Assembly (NCBI GenBank): GCA_050115495.1
Contig: JASFQK010000021.1
Span: forward strand, 1-64,000
DNA from: Phycisphaerae bacterium
GTDB taxonomy: Bacteria > Planctomycetota > Phycisphaerae > UBA1845 > Fen-1342
Direction: 5' to 3'
Length of the DNA stretch: 64,000 nucleotides
Each line of letters begins with the position of its first letter. Position 1 is the first letter of the stretch. The position numbers were made by a program, and so were the translations under genes. Of the stretch, positions 10,745 to 20,778 are shown in pieces. Below the pieces are notes generated by a model. The model worked only from the letters and a program-made list of their open reading frames with translations, was not told the DNA's origin and did no database searches.

Positions 10745-12883
10745 TTGGGCGACCTGATTGTAGCCCATCCCGGTGTACTCCTCGGCATCGGCGCCGTCCT
10801 GCTGCCCATCCTGATCCACCTGCTCCTGCGACCGCGACCCCGCCGAATGCGGTTTCCCGCCCTGGCCCTGCTCCACGCGGCGTTTGCCTCCGGTACGCGG
10901 GCCAACCGGGTACGCAATGTCCTGCTCATGGCCGTGCGCGCTGCGCTGCTGGCCCTGGCCGCCCTGCTGCTGGCCGGGCCGACGTGCACGCGCCCGGAAG
11001 CCGCCTTCGTCGGAACCGAGCCGCTCGCCTGCGCTATCGTCCTCGACGACTCGGCCAGCATGACCTACCGCCTCGACGCCGAGGCGACCATCCTGAGCCT
11101 CGCCCGGCGGGAAGCACTCGCCCTGACGCAGGAAGCACCATCCTGGCCGGCCGGGTCCGGCGTCAACGTCTACAGCGCCGGCGACGGGACCTCGACTGAG
11201 CCGCGTTTCGGCGATGCGGCGAACGCCGCCGAATCGCTCTGTGCGCTCGCCGCCGTTGCACCGCATGCCCGACCGCTGGGTGCGGCACTACTGGCAGCCG
11301 GCGCGGGCCTGCGTGAAGCCGGTCAGCCGCAGCGGCGTCTGGTCGTCTTCACGGACGGTGCCGCGCACGCCTGGCAAGACGTGACACCCGCGACGCTCGC
11401 CGGCATCGACCACCTCTCCGTCCGCGTCGTCGTCCCGGACGCCACCCGCCGCAGCAACCTCGCCATCCGCGGCGACGACGTCCCGCGACGCACGCAGCCG
11501 GCGGCGGCCCCGCTCGCCCTGACCGTCACGCTGGCGGCTGAGGGCGTGGACGGCCAATGCCGCCTCAGCATCGAGGAATCCGGCCAGTCGCTCGCCCGGC
11601 TGGGCCCCGTGACCGTGCCCGCCGACGGTGACGCCGCCGTCCCCGTCGAGTTGCCGCCCCGCCCCGCCGGCCCGCACACGTTCACGCTGCGGCTCGATCC
11701 GCCGGACCGGCTCGACTTCGACCAACAGCGCTGGCTCGCCGTCCAGACCGGCCCGCCGCCGATCGTCTGGCTCGTGGCGGCGAACGACGCGGGCGAACCT
11801 GAACCGATCACGCCGCTGCTCTTCGAAAACCTGCTGGCGCCGGCGGCGTTGCCGCGAGCGCAGCAGCTCGTCAGCCTGCGGAAGCTCGTGGCGGAGAGCG
11901 TGCCGGACGTGCATGGGGGCGACCGGTCGCCGGCGCTGATCATCGTCGTGTCCGGGGCGAACGCGAGTCCCGCCGCCGCCAACACACTGCTGGACCACGC
12001 CGAGCGTGGGGCGACGCTGCTGCTCGTGCCCGGCGACGATGCGGACGAATGCACCTGGCCGGAGCTGGAGCGATTGCTCACGCCGGCAACAGTCGAGGTC
12101 GAGGATCTGCCATCGCTCACGGCGTTGCAGTGGATGTCGCCCCCTGACGCGATTCCGGCGGAGCTGGAAGAACTGACCCGCTGTGCCGTCCGGCGGCGGG
12201 TGCGCCTGGACGCACTGGCGGACGAGGCTGAGGTCCTGGCCCGCTACGCCGACGGCGTGCCGGCCATCGTGCAGCGCCGACACGGCGCCGGTCGCCTGCT
12301 GCTGCTGACGACATCGCCGGCGCCGGCGTGGAGTGACCTGGGCATTCGTGCCGCCGGGCTGCTCACTTGGCTGCATGAGCTGGTCGACGAGGCCACCGGT
12401 CCGCCGACCGCCGTCGCCACGTTCACCCTCGGCCAGCAGACGCGACAGCCGCTCGGCGGCCTGCCGCCCGGCGGGCTCGTGCAGGTCGTCCGTGAAGCAG
12501 CCACGGAGGCGGCTCCCGTCTGGGTGCGGCTCAAGGAGGGCGTGCCCGAGACGCCCTGGCCGACGGACCGGGCCGGAGCGTACGCGGTCAGTGCCGCCGG
12601 TCAAAGCGGACCGTCGGCGCGGTACGTCGTGAACTGGCCGCCGGAGGAATCGCAACTGGCCCCGATCTCGTCGGCGGAACTGCGTCGCCGACTCGGGCTG
12701 GAAGACGTGGTGCTGGAGACGGCCGCGGAGCGCCACGCCACGCCGGCAACAACGCTGAGCGACCGTCTGTTGCCGGGGGGCGATCTGCGGCCGCTGCTCG
12801 GCGCCGCCCTGCTCGCGGTCTTCGCGGCGGAGATGGTGCTTTCCGCCCGCCGGGCCGGCCGGTCGAGCCGCACAACCGCCTGA
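10745..12883 (+). CDS. BatA (aerotolerance) N-terminal / vWA domain membrane protein
   Basis: PILIHLL.R.RPRR.RFPAL double-TM N-terminus; VLDDSASM MIDAS motif; VFTDG; C-terminal TM ending AAEMVL. Confidence 0.75.
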   Translation: MGDLIVAHPGVLLGIGAVLLPILIHLLLRPRPRRMRFPALALLHAAFASGTRANRVRNVLLMAVRAALLALAALLLAGPTCTRPEAAFVGTEPLACAIVLDDSASMTYRLDAEATILSLARREALALTQEAPSWPAGSGVNVYSAGDGTSTEPRFGDAANAAESLCALAAVAPHARPLGAALLAAGAGLREAGQPQRRLVVFTDGAAHAWQDVTPATLAGIDHLSVRVVVPDATRRSNLAIRGDDVPRRTQPAAAPLALTVTLAAEGVDGQCRLSIEESGQSLARLGPVTVPADGDAAVPVELPPRPAGPHTFTLRLDPPDRLDFDQQRWLAVQTGPPPIVWLVAANDAGEPEPITPLLFENLLAPAALPRAQQLVSLRKLVAESVPDVHGGDRSPALIIVVSGANASPAAANTLLDHAERGATLLLVPGDDADECTWPELERLLTPATVEVEDLPSLTALQWMSPPDAIPAELEELTRCAVRRRVRLDALADEAEVLARYADGVPAIVQRRHGAGRLLLLTTSPAPAWSDLGIRAAGLLTWLHELVDEATGPPTAVATFTLGQQTRQPLGGLPPGGLVQVVREAATEAAPVWVRLKEGVPETPWPTDRAGAYAVSAAGQSGPSARYVVNWPPEESQLAPISSAELRRRLGLEDVVLETAAERHATPATTLSDRLLPGGDLRPLLGAALLAVFAAEMVLSARRAGRSSRTTA

Positions 12884-12925
12884 GGCCGATTGTGAAGGGT
12901 GTCGGGAGCGGTCTCGGATGTGGGC

Positions 12926-12968
12926 AAAAAAAGAGCCCCGCGACGGCGTGACCCAATCGCGGGGCCCA
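12926..12968 (-). terminator. Rho-independent terminator (minus strand)
   Basis: minus strand gccccgcga-loop-tcgcggggc followed by tctttttt. Confidence 0.75.
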
Positions 12969-13193
12969 GAAGGGGGACACGACAGCTTCCACTGGTATTG
13001 TTGGATTGGTTTAGTGAAGAGTCACGCCCGTCTGACCGATCTAAAACAGCTCCCACCCTCTAACGACGTACGTCCTATAGACCGGGCTTGCATTCCGGCG
13101 CGCGTCATCTATTATCGCCGCATGCAGTCTGAAGCAGCGATAACCGCGCCAAGATTCTCAAGAAATCCGCGCAGTGACGCCTGGAGGCCGAGA

Positions 13194-13817
13194 ATGATGG
13201 CTCGCCTGATGACCGTGATATCGGTCGCGGCGCTTCTCTTTGCCGCCGGTTGCCAAGCCCCACCCACGGCTACCGGCCCTACCGAGATCAAGATCGACGT
13301 TCCCGACCGCGACGGGTTCCTCGATGCGGCGTTATCGCTGCTGCGGTACTACGACCTGCCGCCGGTGCTCGTCGAGCGGGAAAGCGGCCTGATCGTCACG
13401 CAACGCACGACCAGCGCCCAGTGGTTCGAGCCGTGGCGGGTCGACTCGCAGGGACCGTATCAGACCCTCGAATCAAGCCTGCACACGATCAGCCGCGTCG
13501 TGACGGTCCGCCTGACGCCGGCGGAGCCGCCGGCCGCCGACGAAGCGCTCGCCGAGGCGCCCGCCAGCCAGCCCACGACGGCGTACGTGCTGGACGTCCA
13601 GGTCGACAAGTCACGCTACAGCGCGCCGGAGCGGCAGATCACGACGTCGTCCGGGGCCCTGGCCATCTACCAGGAGAAGGTCCCCACGACGGAGGGTCTG
13701 CGCGGCGCGCGTTCAGCTCAGGCTCGTTGGGTCCCCCTCGGCCGCGACCCGCTGCTCGAAGCGTTCCTGCTGGCCAAGCTCATCGACGTTCGGCCGGATA
13801 TCGACGTGATCGAGTAG
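13194..13817 (+). CDS. Hypothetical lipoprotein (Planctomycete-type)
   Basis: RBS ggagg; lipobox FAAGC; LESSLHTISR and W.PLGRD..LE..LL motifs. Confidence 0.65.
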   Translation: MMARLMTVISVAALLFAAGCQAPPTATGPTEIKIDVPDRDGFLDAALSLLRYYDLPPVLVERESGLIVTQRTTSAQWFEPWRVDSQGPYQTLESSLHTISRVVTVRLTPAEPPAADEALAEAPASQPTTAYVLDVQVDKSRYSAPERQITTSSGALAIYQEKVPTTEGLRGARSAQARWVPLGRDPLLEAFLLAKLIDVRPDIDVIE

Positions 13818-13859
13818 CGCTGTAGCGTCTGGGCTTCGTACCGGACGTCGTCGGCGTTC

Positions 13860-14013
13860 GACGTCGGCCACAGGGGGCCGACGCTACGTCGCGGGGTGCG
13901 CGTTTCCTGGCATTTGACGTTGGCCATGGGGGGCCAACGCTACGAAGACGTCCGACACGGAGGTCGGACGCTACGGGCGGACATGCCGGTACCTGAGCTT
14001 CGGCATGCCACAC
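13860..14013. repeat. REP cluster (three GTAG-type hairpins, one GTGG-type)
   Basis: gacg-arm-loop-arm'-gctac x3 with differing but complementary arms; gacatgccgg..cggcatgccacac recurs at 29123-29158. Confidence 0.75.
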
Positions 14014-14041
14014 AACCATTCGGCGACCGCGCGGGGAGGCA

Positions 14042-15262
14042 CTACTTCCGGCCGGAGAATTCGTGGAGGACTCCGCGGCGCAGGTTGCGCTCGGCCTGCT
14101 CTCTGGCGCTGGGCGATCCGCCGCGGTCCTGGTGCGTGGGGAACAAGGAACCATAGGAAAACAAGGCGAAGTCGCCGCCCCAGGCGGCACAGCGCGAGAG
14201 CTGCTGCCGCATGGCCTGCGCGCTCTTGTGCTGGTAGATGCCGACGCCGGGAACGAGCCGTGCTCGCCCGACGAGCTGGCGGTACGCGCCGATGTCCCGC
14301 TCGAACGAGGCCACCTCCGCCGTGTAAGCCATCGGCACGATGGCGTCGACCAGGCCGGTGCGCAGCCAAGCGACGGCGTTCTGGAAGAACCGCTCGTATG
14401 CCGTCTTCGGACTGCGCACGACCGCCGCGGTCAGCGTGGCTCCGGGCCGGCGACGAGCGACGTCCGCCCGGATATCGCTGACCAACCGCGTGAGCTGATT
14501 CACCCGCCAGTCGCGCCACGCCCGGGCGTCATCATCGGGGTTGCGCCCCGTCTCGCGGCGGTACAGGGCCAGCGTCTGCGGGTCACGCGGGTACTTCTTC
14601 GCCGCATCGGGCGTGGTTTCCCAGGCGTAGCGCACGTAGTCGAGATGCACGCCGTCCACGTCGTAGCGTGAGACGATCTCGTCGATCACGCTGACGATGT
14701 GCCGGCGGACCTCGGGCAGGCACGGGTTGAGGATCAGGTAGAAATCGCCCGGCGGTTGGCGCTGGCCCTGGGCGTCGCGCAGGAACCAGTCCGGGTGGGC
14801 GTTCCAGAGTTGCCCGCGCGCCGGCGGCGGCTTCTTCCCGCGCCAGCCGGGCAGCACGTTGACCCAGGCCTCCAGCCGCATGTCGTGCTTGTGAGCCTCA
14901 CTGACCGCCAGGGCGAGCGGGTCGAAGCCGGGATCGCGAAAGTCGAATTCCGGAGCCCAGGGTTCAAGCTTCGACGGATACGCGACGGTGCCGGCGCCGC
15001 GCACCTGCCAGTACACGGTATTGCAGCCCAGTGCGGCGCAGTTGGCCATGATCGTGCGCACATCGTCGGGATAGCGGTAATGAAAGCGTGCGACCCAGAC
15101 GCCGCGAACGGGCGTGGCCAGCGGCATGGGTCGCGCGCGTCCGGGTCCGCCGGGCGCGACGCCCGTGCCGCCGCCGCCGTGGCAGCCGTACAGCGCGCCG
15201 CCGATGAGTGTTCCGACCAGTCCCAGAATGAGGAGTTTCAGGCAGCGGAGTTGCGTGTTCAT
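14042..15262 (-). CDS. Glycosyl hydrolase-like family 10 (YddW/YngK-type) lipoprotein
   Basis: RGVWV, QVRG.G...YPS..EPW, FDPL, YDVDGVHLDYVRY, PMAY; lipobox LYGC. Confidence 0.85.
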   Translation of the reverse strand: MNTQLRCLKLLILGLVGTLIGGALYGCHGGGGTGVAPGGPGRARPMPLATPVRGVWVARFHYRYPDDVRTIMANCAALGCNTVYWQVRGAGTVAYPSKLEPWAPEFDFRDPGFDPLALAVSEAHKHDMRLEAWVNVLPGWRGKKPPPARGQLWNAHPDWFLRDAQGQRQPPGDFYLILNPCLPEVRRHIVSVIDEIVSRYDVDGVHLDYVRYAWETTPDAAKKYPRDPQTLALYRRETGRNPDDDARAWRDWRVNQLTRLVSDIRADVARRRPGATLTAAVVRSPKTAYERFFQNAVAWLRTGLVDAIVPMAYTAEVASFERDIGAYRQLVGRARLVPGVGIYQHKSAQAMRQQLSRCAAWGGDFALFSYGSLFPTHQDRGGSPSAREQAERNLRRGVLHEFSGRK

Positions 15263-15325
15263 GGCGTCACCATTACGCGGCGGCGACGCGGCCGTCAATC
15301 GGCGAAGATGCGTGGGGAAGAGGAA

Positions 15326-15492
15326 GAGATCTGAGACTTGAGATTCGAGATTTCGGATTCGAGATCGGCCCGGCGCCTCCGGCTCAGGGCTCAAGGCTGA
15401 TAGCTGACGGCTGGTGGCTCTCCAAGGACGGCCGGCACGGAGACCGGCCGCTACGAAGACGTCGGCCACCGGGGGCCGACGCGACGCGCTAC
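15326..15492. repeat. 7-mer tandem repeats plus GTAG REP hairpins
   Basis: gagatt-like heptamers, ggctga-like heptamers, then cggccggcacggagaccggccgctac. Confidence 0.7.
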
Positions 15493-15497
15493 GGGCG

Positions 15498-16235
15498 TTA
15501 GTCGGATGGCTCGGTCTCGTGGGCGATGGCCAGGGCGTCGGTGAGTGCGACGCCGCCTTCGTACAGGGCACGGCCGATCACGACGCCCGCCAGACGCAAT
15601 GCCGCCAGCCGGCGGATGTCGTCCAGGTCGGTCACGCCGCCGGAGGCGATCACGGGCGAGGTGGCCTGCTCGGCGAGGGCGCTGATGGCGTCGACGTTCG
15701 GGCCGAGCAGCAAACCGTCGCGACCGATGTCGGTGTAGACGATGGCAGCCAGCGGCCAGTCGGCCACCCACTTGGCGACCTCGACGGCGGTGCGTTCGGT
15801 GTCGCAGGTCCAGCCGTGCGTCGCCAGCCGGCCCAAACGGGCGTCGAGCCCGAGCGCGATGCGATCGACGTAGACCGCCTGGTGCACGACGTTCTGGAAC
15901 CAGGCGGGATCCTCGAGCGCCCGCGTGCCGACGATGACGCGCCGGGCGCCGGCCTCGAGGGCGGCAGTGATGGTGTCCTCGTCGCGTACACCCCCGCCGA
16001 ACTCGACCTGCGCGCCGGTTTGCTCGACGATGCGCTGCACGACGTCGAGGTTGGCGACACGGCCGGTCCGGGCCCCGTCGAGGTCCACGACGTGCAGCCA
16101 GTCGGCGCCCGCCTCGCCGAAGCGGCGGGCGACTTCGACAGGCTCATCCTCGTAGCTGATGACGCGATCGTAGCGGCCCTGCACCAGGCGCACACAACGA
16201 CCTTCCAGGAGATCGATTGCCGGCAGGATATCCAT
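15498..16235 (-). CDS. hisA: Phosphoribosylformimino-5-aminoimidazole carboxamide ribotide isomerase
   Basis: PAIDL.EGRCVRL.QG, LHVVDLDGA, GGGVR, YTDIGRDG, IASGGV, GRALY. Confidence 0.95.
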   Translation of the reverse strand: MDILPAIDLLEGRCVRLVQGRYDRVISYEDEPVEVARRFGEAGADWLHVVDLDGARTGRVANLDVVQRIVEQTGAQVEFGGGVRDEDTITAALEAGARRVIVGTRALEDPAWFQNVVHQAVYVDRIALGLDARLGRLATHGWTCDTERTAVEVAKWVADWPLAAIVYTDIGRDGLLLGPNVDAISALAEQATSPVIASGGVTDLDDIRRLAALRLAGVVIGRALYEGGVALTDALAIAHETEPSD

Positions 16236-16301
16236 GACGGCACCTTCGTTCAGCCGCGACACCGACGAGCGACGCGGCCGCTACGCAACGCGGCGAGGGG
16301 A

Positions 16302-16985
16302 TCAGCCGCGATCACCCGGTGGCGTCGAGTCCTCGCGCAGCTCCACGGCCATGATGCGCACGCGGCGGTTCAGATGCTTCGTCTGTGCCGTGTTGGCGGC
16401 CTTCGGGTTGTACTCACCCTGACCGGCGGCCACCATCCGCGACGGGTCGAGGCCGGAACCCCGCAACTCGCGGAAGACGGTGCACGCTCGCTGTACGCTG
16501 AGCTCGAGGTTGTCCTTCCACTTCGAGTGCTTGATCGGATCGCTGTCGGTGTGCCCGACGATCCAGATCTGACGATCGGCGTAGTGGGCTCGGATGTCCG
16601 CGATAATCTGCTGGAGCGTCTGCTTTCCCGCAGACTTCAGGTCGGCCTTGCCCGAATCGAACAGAATGTTGTCGGCGATGTCCAGGTAGGCCAAGCCGGG
16701 CAGCTCGGTCCAACCTTCGCGCTGCCGGGCGCCTTCACCGCGAGCGATCTGGGCCTCCATGTCCGCGAGTTGCTGTTGCAAATCGAGAGCGCGGCCGCGG
16801 GCCTCGTCGCGCTCGCTGAGCGCGCGGGCCAGCCGGTTCATGAGATCCTGTTTCTCGCCCTGGAGCCGGGCGATCTCGATCTGTTGCGCCTCGATCTGCT
16901 GATCCTTGGGCCCCTGACCGCAACCGACGGCGAACAGCATCGCCAACCCGCAGCCCACCGCTGCCACGCTCCGCAACGCTCTCAT
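16302..16985 (-). CDS. OmpA/MotB-family lipoprotein with coiled coil
   Basis: lipobox AVGC; ILFDSGKADLK, GHTDSDPI, NLELS..RA, NRRV.I; RBS aaggag. Confidence 0.85.
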   Translation of the reverse strand: MRALRSVAAVGCGLAMLFAVGCGQGPKDQQIEAQQIEIARLQGEKQDLMNRLARALSERDEARGRALDLQQQLADMEAQIARGEGARQREGWTELPGLAYLDIADNILFDSGKADLKSAGKQTLQQIIADIRAHYADRQIWIVGHTDSDPIKHSKWKDNLELSVQRACTVFRELRGSGLDPSRMVAAGQGEYNPKAANTAQTKHLNRRVRIMAVELREDSTPPGDRG

Positions 16986-17243
16986 CGTGATCTCCTTTTC
17001 ACGCTCAGCCGGCCACCATGCCCAGACTTGACCGTTATTCAGTACGGCCGGGCCTTCCGCGCCTGCCACCCGGCCCGCACCGCAGCATAGAACCGCTGCG
17101 GTCCGGATGCAAGCGGGCGGACACCGTGGTTGACGGATTCTCTGGCGAGCACTAGCCTACTGATTGGAGTAGATCATGGTCGCGACGGCGCCGGCCCGGG
17201 TGGCCGACCGCCGGCCTCGGCCGGTTGCACCAGGGACCCCCGC

Positions 17244-18533
17244 ATGTCCATGCAACGCATCTGTGTCTGGCTCGTCGCGGCGGTCGCCCCGCTGGCGCTG
17301 GCGGAGGATTTCGTGGCCGCCGACGCCCTGGCCGGCGCCGGGCTCACCAAGGCGTGGCAACTGCACCTGCGTCTGGATCCCGGGCAGCAGCTCACCGAGC
17401 TCTACCTGGGGGACGACCAGCTCTACGCGGTGACCAACGACGGCTACGTGTTCGCCATCCACGCGGAGACCGGGGCCAACCGCTGGCTGCGGCAGGTGAC
17501 CTCCGGCGGCTACCACGTCGACCGGCCGTGCCACACCGGCAACCGCGTCATCTTCGCCGTGCCGACGACCGTCTTGCAGCTCGACCAGCTCACCGGAGAC
17601 GGAATCGAGGAATACACCCTCCCCTTCCCTGCCGGCACCGGGGCGATCACCGACGGAGCCATGCTGTACATCGGCGGCCTGGATCAGCGGGTCTACGCCT
17701 TCTCCCTGGCCAACCACCTGCAAGGCTGGAAGGCCGTCACCAGCGGCCCGATCACGTCCTCGCCGGCGTTGTTCGAGGGCAACCTCTACGTCGCCAGCTC
17801 CGACGGCACCGTCTATTCCTGCACCGCCGCCAGCAAGCAGTACCGCTGGCAGCGGCGGACGTACGGCTCAATCACGGCGGACCTGGCAGTCAACGAGGAC
17901 GGCGTCTTCATCCCCGGCCAGGACCGCTCGCTCTACCTGCTCGACCTGACCTTCGGCGAGATCCGCTGGCAGGCCCGTTTCCGCGGCTCCCTGCAAGAGG
18001 CCCCCGCCCTCACGTCCGAGACGGCGTACCAGTTCTGCGAGGACGACGGTCTGGTGGCGATCAATACCGCTGTCCTCGGCGTCGAGGAGCGCGTTCGCTG
18101 GACGCTGCCCCGCGGCCGCCGACTGCTGACCCTCGACGGGCCCCGGGCGCTCGTTCTCTCGCGGGACGAGACGCTGCTCGTCGTGGGGGACGATTCGGGC
18201 GAAGTGACCTACACCATCGCGGCCCCCGGCATGACGCTGGGCGTCTCCTGCCCCGGCGTGCCTGGTGCGTTCATGGCCAGCGCCGACGGACGGCTGTTCT
18301 GCGCTCGCCCGCGGGGCACGCCGCTCGTGACCCGCAACAGCGTCCGGGCGGCGATCACGCCTCCCGAGACCGGTACCGGCGAACAGACGACCGAGGCCGA
18401 GGGCGCGGTCGCCACTCCCGCCAAGGAAGAGCCGGACCGGTTGCGAACCTCGCGTGAAGGCAATCCCATCGGCGGAAAGTCGAAGGTCTCCCGGCGCTAC
18501 GAAGGTGGCGGTACGGGCGGGGAGCAGCCCTGA
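17244..18533 (+). CDS. PQQ-like beta-propeller protein (BamB-like)
   Basis: Signal peptide; repeated YA...TG...W blades. Confidence 0.75.
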   Translation: MSMQRICVWLVAAVAPLALAEDFVAADALAGAGLTKAWQLHLRLDPGQQLTELYLGDDQLYAVTNDGYVFAIHAETGANRWLRQVTSGGYHVDRPCHTGNRVIFAVPTTVLQLDQLTGDGIEEYTLPFPAGTGAITDGAMLYIGGLDQRVYAFSLANHLQGWKAVTSGPITSSPALFEGNLYVASSDGTVYSCTAASKQYRWQRRTYGSITADLAVNEDGVFIPGQDRSLYLLDLTFGEIRWQARFRGSLQEAPALTSETAYQFCEDDGLVAINTAVLGVEERVRWTLPRGRRLLTLDGPRALVLSRDETLLVVGDDSGEVTYTIAAPGMTLGVSCPGVPGAFMASADGRLFCARPRGTPLVTRNSVRAAITPPETGTGEQTTEAEGAVATPAKEEPDRLRTSREGNPIGGKSKVSRRYEGGGTGGEQP

Positions 18534-18651
18534 TCTCGTCTCCGGGACGCCGGACATCTGTCGTTAATCCTGGGTACGTAGCAGCCGGGTCGCCGATTGT
18601 GGTGGCCCGCTGGCGGTCGGCATTGGCCGGGCGCGATAACGGAGAGTGTGC

Positions 18652-20433
18652 ATGTCGGCTTGCAGGATCCGCCGGGCGCTGATCAGTGTGTACGACAAGA
18701 CGGGCGTGGTCGAGTTCGCCCGGGCGCTGCACGAAGAATTCGGGATCGAGCTGATCTCGACGGGCGGGACGGCGAAGACACTGACCGACGCGGGCCTGCC
18801 GGTCACGCTGGTCGAGCAGGTCACGGGCTTCCCCGAGATGATGGACGGGCGGGTCAAGACGCTGCATCCGAAGATCCACGCGGCGATTCTGGCCGACCGC
18901 GACAACCCCGAGCACATGCGGCAACTCGCCGAGCAGGGCATCGAGCCGATCGATATGGTCGTGGTCAGCCTGTACCCGTTTGAGCGGACCATCGCCGACC
19001 CGAACTGCACGTTCGCCCAGGCGATCGAGATGATCGACATCGGCGGCCCCTGCCTCCTGCGCGCCGCGGCGAAGAACCACAAGCACGTGCTGGTCCTGCA
19101 CGATCGGACGGACTGCGAGCACGTGCTGACGTGGCTGCGTGGCGACGGGCTGACGGACGAAGGCTGGCAGCACGTCCGACGAGACTTCGCCGCGTCGGCG
19201 TTTCGGCTGGTCTGTGCCTACAACGCGGCGATCGTTGACTATCTCGTGCAGCAAGGGGAGATGCCCGGGCGTTTCCACGCATTGCTGTTGAACACGTGGG
19301 ACCAGCCACGTTACGGCGAGAACCCGCATCAATCCGCCGAGGTCCTGCGTCCCGGCCCTGGCCTGAACGTACCCCCAGGCCCCCACCTCCTCGGCCTCGA
19401 CCGCACCGGCTCTCCCGCCGACACAGAGCTCTCGTTCAACAACTACGCCGACGCCAGCGCCGCCCTCGAACTCTGTGCCGAACTAACACGAGCAACCTCC
19501 CGCCAGCCATTGTCCCTAGCAAGTGGGAAACCGAGCGAGTCTCCAGCACCGCCTGTCGTCTGCTTCATCAAGCACACCAACGCCTGCGGGGCGGCGAGTG
19601 TGGCGGCGCGAAGTGATTCGGCCGGCGACGGGCACGCCGCGCGGGTCGAGGCTTATCGCCGGGCATACCTGGGCGATCCGAACGCCGCCATGGGAGGCAT
19701 ACTGGCGGTCAACTTCCCCGTCGACGCCGAGTTCGCCGAAATGGTGATGGAGACCTACGGGCGGCTGGGCAAGCCGCTGCGCGAGAGCGGCCACCCGAAC
19801 CCGCCCGGCGCGTTCTTCGTCGAAGTCTGGTGCGCGCCGGCGTTCGACAGAGAGGCCGTCCAGCTCATCCGTGGCAAGACGCCCGACAAGCCGAAGAAGG
19901 ACTGGGGCCGGCGTGTCCGGCTGCTGGCCGTCGGCGACATGAACGTCGAACCCGATGCGAGCGAGATGGACCTCAAACGCATCGCCGGCGGCGTGCTCAT
20001 GCAGACACGCGACCTGATCGGCCTCAACGAGGATCAGTGGCAGGTCGTCACCCGGCGTCAGCCCACCGCCGCCGAAATGGACGACCTCCGCCTCGCGTGG
20101 CTGGTCTGCAAGCACACGAAGAGCAACGCGATCACCATCTGCGGCGACGGCATGCTGCTGGGCAACGGCGCCGGGCAGATGAGCCGCGTAATGAGCTGCC
20201 GGATCGCGACGTGGCTGGCCCGCGAGAACGGCCACGGGGACCGTCTCGCCGGCTCCGCCGCCGCCTCGGACGCCTTCTTCCCCTTCCGCGACGGGCCGGA
20301 CATCCTCGCCGACGCCGGCGTGACCGCCCTGATCCAGCCCGGCGGCAGCAAACGCGACCAGGAAGTGATCGACGCCGCCAACGAGCGCAACCTGGCGATG
20401 GTCTTCACCGGCACGCGCCACTTCAAACACTAA
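18652..20433 (+). CDS. purH: Bifunctional AICAR transformylase / IMP cyclohydrolase
   Basis: RALISVYDKTG, STGGTA, GRVKTLHP, IDIGGP, RYGENPHQ, KHTNACG, ASDAFFPF, QPGGS, GTRHFKH. Confidence 0.95.
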   Translation: MSACRIRRALISVYDKTGVVEFARALHEEFGIELISTGGTAKTLTDAGLPVTLVEQVTGFPEMMDGRVKTLHPKIHAAILADRDNPEHMRQLAEQGIEPIDMVVVSLYPFERTIADPNCTFAQAIEMIDIGGPCLLRAAAKNHKHVLVLHDRTDCEHVLTWLRGDGLTDEGWQHVRRDFAASAFRLVCAYNAAIVDYLVQQGEMPGRFHALLLNTWDQPRYGENPHQSAEVLRPGPGLNVPPGPHLLGLDRTGSPADTELSFNNYADASAALELCAELTRATSRQPLSLASGKPSESPAPPVVCFIKHTNACGAASVAARSDSAGDGHAARVEAYRRAYLGDPNAAMGGILAVNFPVDAEFAEMVMETYGRLGKPLRESGHPNPPGAFFVEVWCAPAFDREAVQLIRGKTPDKPKKDWGRRVRLLAVGDMNVEPDASEMDLKRIAGGVLMQTRDLIGLNEDQWQVVTRRQPTAAEMDDLRLAWLVCKHTKSNAITICGDGMLLGNGAGQMSRVMSCRIATWLARENGHGDRLAGSAAASDAFFPFRDGPDILADAGVTALIQPGGSKRDQEVIDAANERNLAMVFTGTRHFKH

Positions 20434-20457
20434 GCCCCCCTGCCGCCCCGCCGCCGA

Positions 20458-20664
20458 TCAGTCCGCCGGCTCAGTCCCATTCGGCGGGAGCGATTCCGGC
20501 GGCAGATCGTCCGGCATGATCTCCCGCTCGATCGTGTACTCCTCCCGCAGCCACCGCCCCAGATCGACCAGCCGGCATCGCTGGCTACAGAACGGGTACG
20601 CAGCCGGCAGAGCCCCCTCGTACGTGCACTTCTTTCCGCAGATCGCGCAGAGATAATCCGCCAT
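20458..20664 (-). CDS. yacG: DNA gyrase inhibitor YacG
   Basis: CAICGK...PFCSQRCRLVDLGRWL.EEY.I zinc finger. Confidence 0.85.
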   Translation of the reverse strand: MADYLCAICGKKCTYEGALPAAYPFCSQRCRLVDLGRWLREEYTIEREIMPDDLPPESLPPNGTEPAD

Positions 20665-20778
20665 CGCCTCACCGCTCGCCGACAAACGCCCCGGTCGCAA
20701 CCGCCATTCTACAAACCGACCCCCGAGGTCGCGACCGACACCGAGGGCCATCCCCATCCCATCTGGATATACCGGCGG

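Noticed and set aside
12601..13056. Minus-strand 151-aa ORF explaining the terminator
   Set aside because: It runs through the terminator and overlaps the vWA gene antisense; no protein-like features
13860..14013. Possible mini CRISPR array
   Set aside because: Repeats differ in arm sequence, spacing is irregular, copies are scattered across the window and there are no cas genes; they fit REPs
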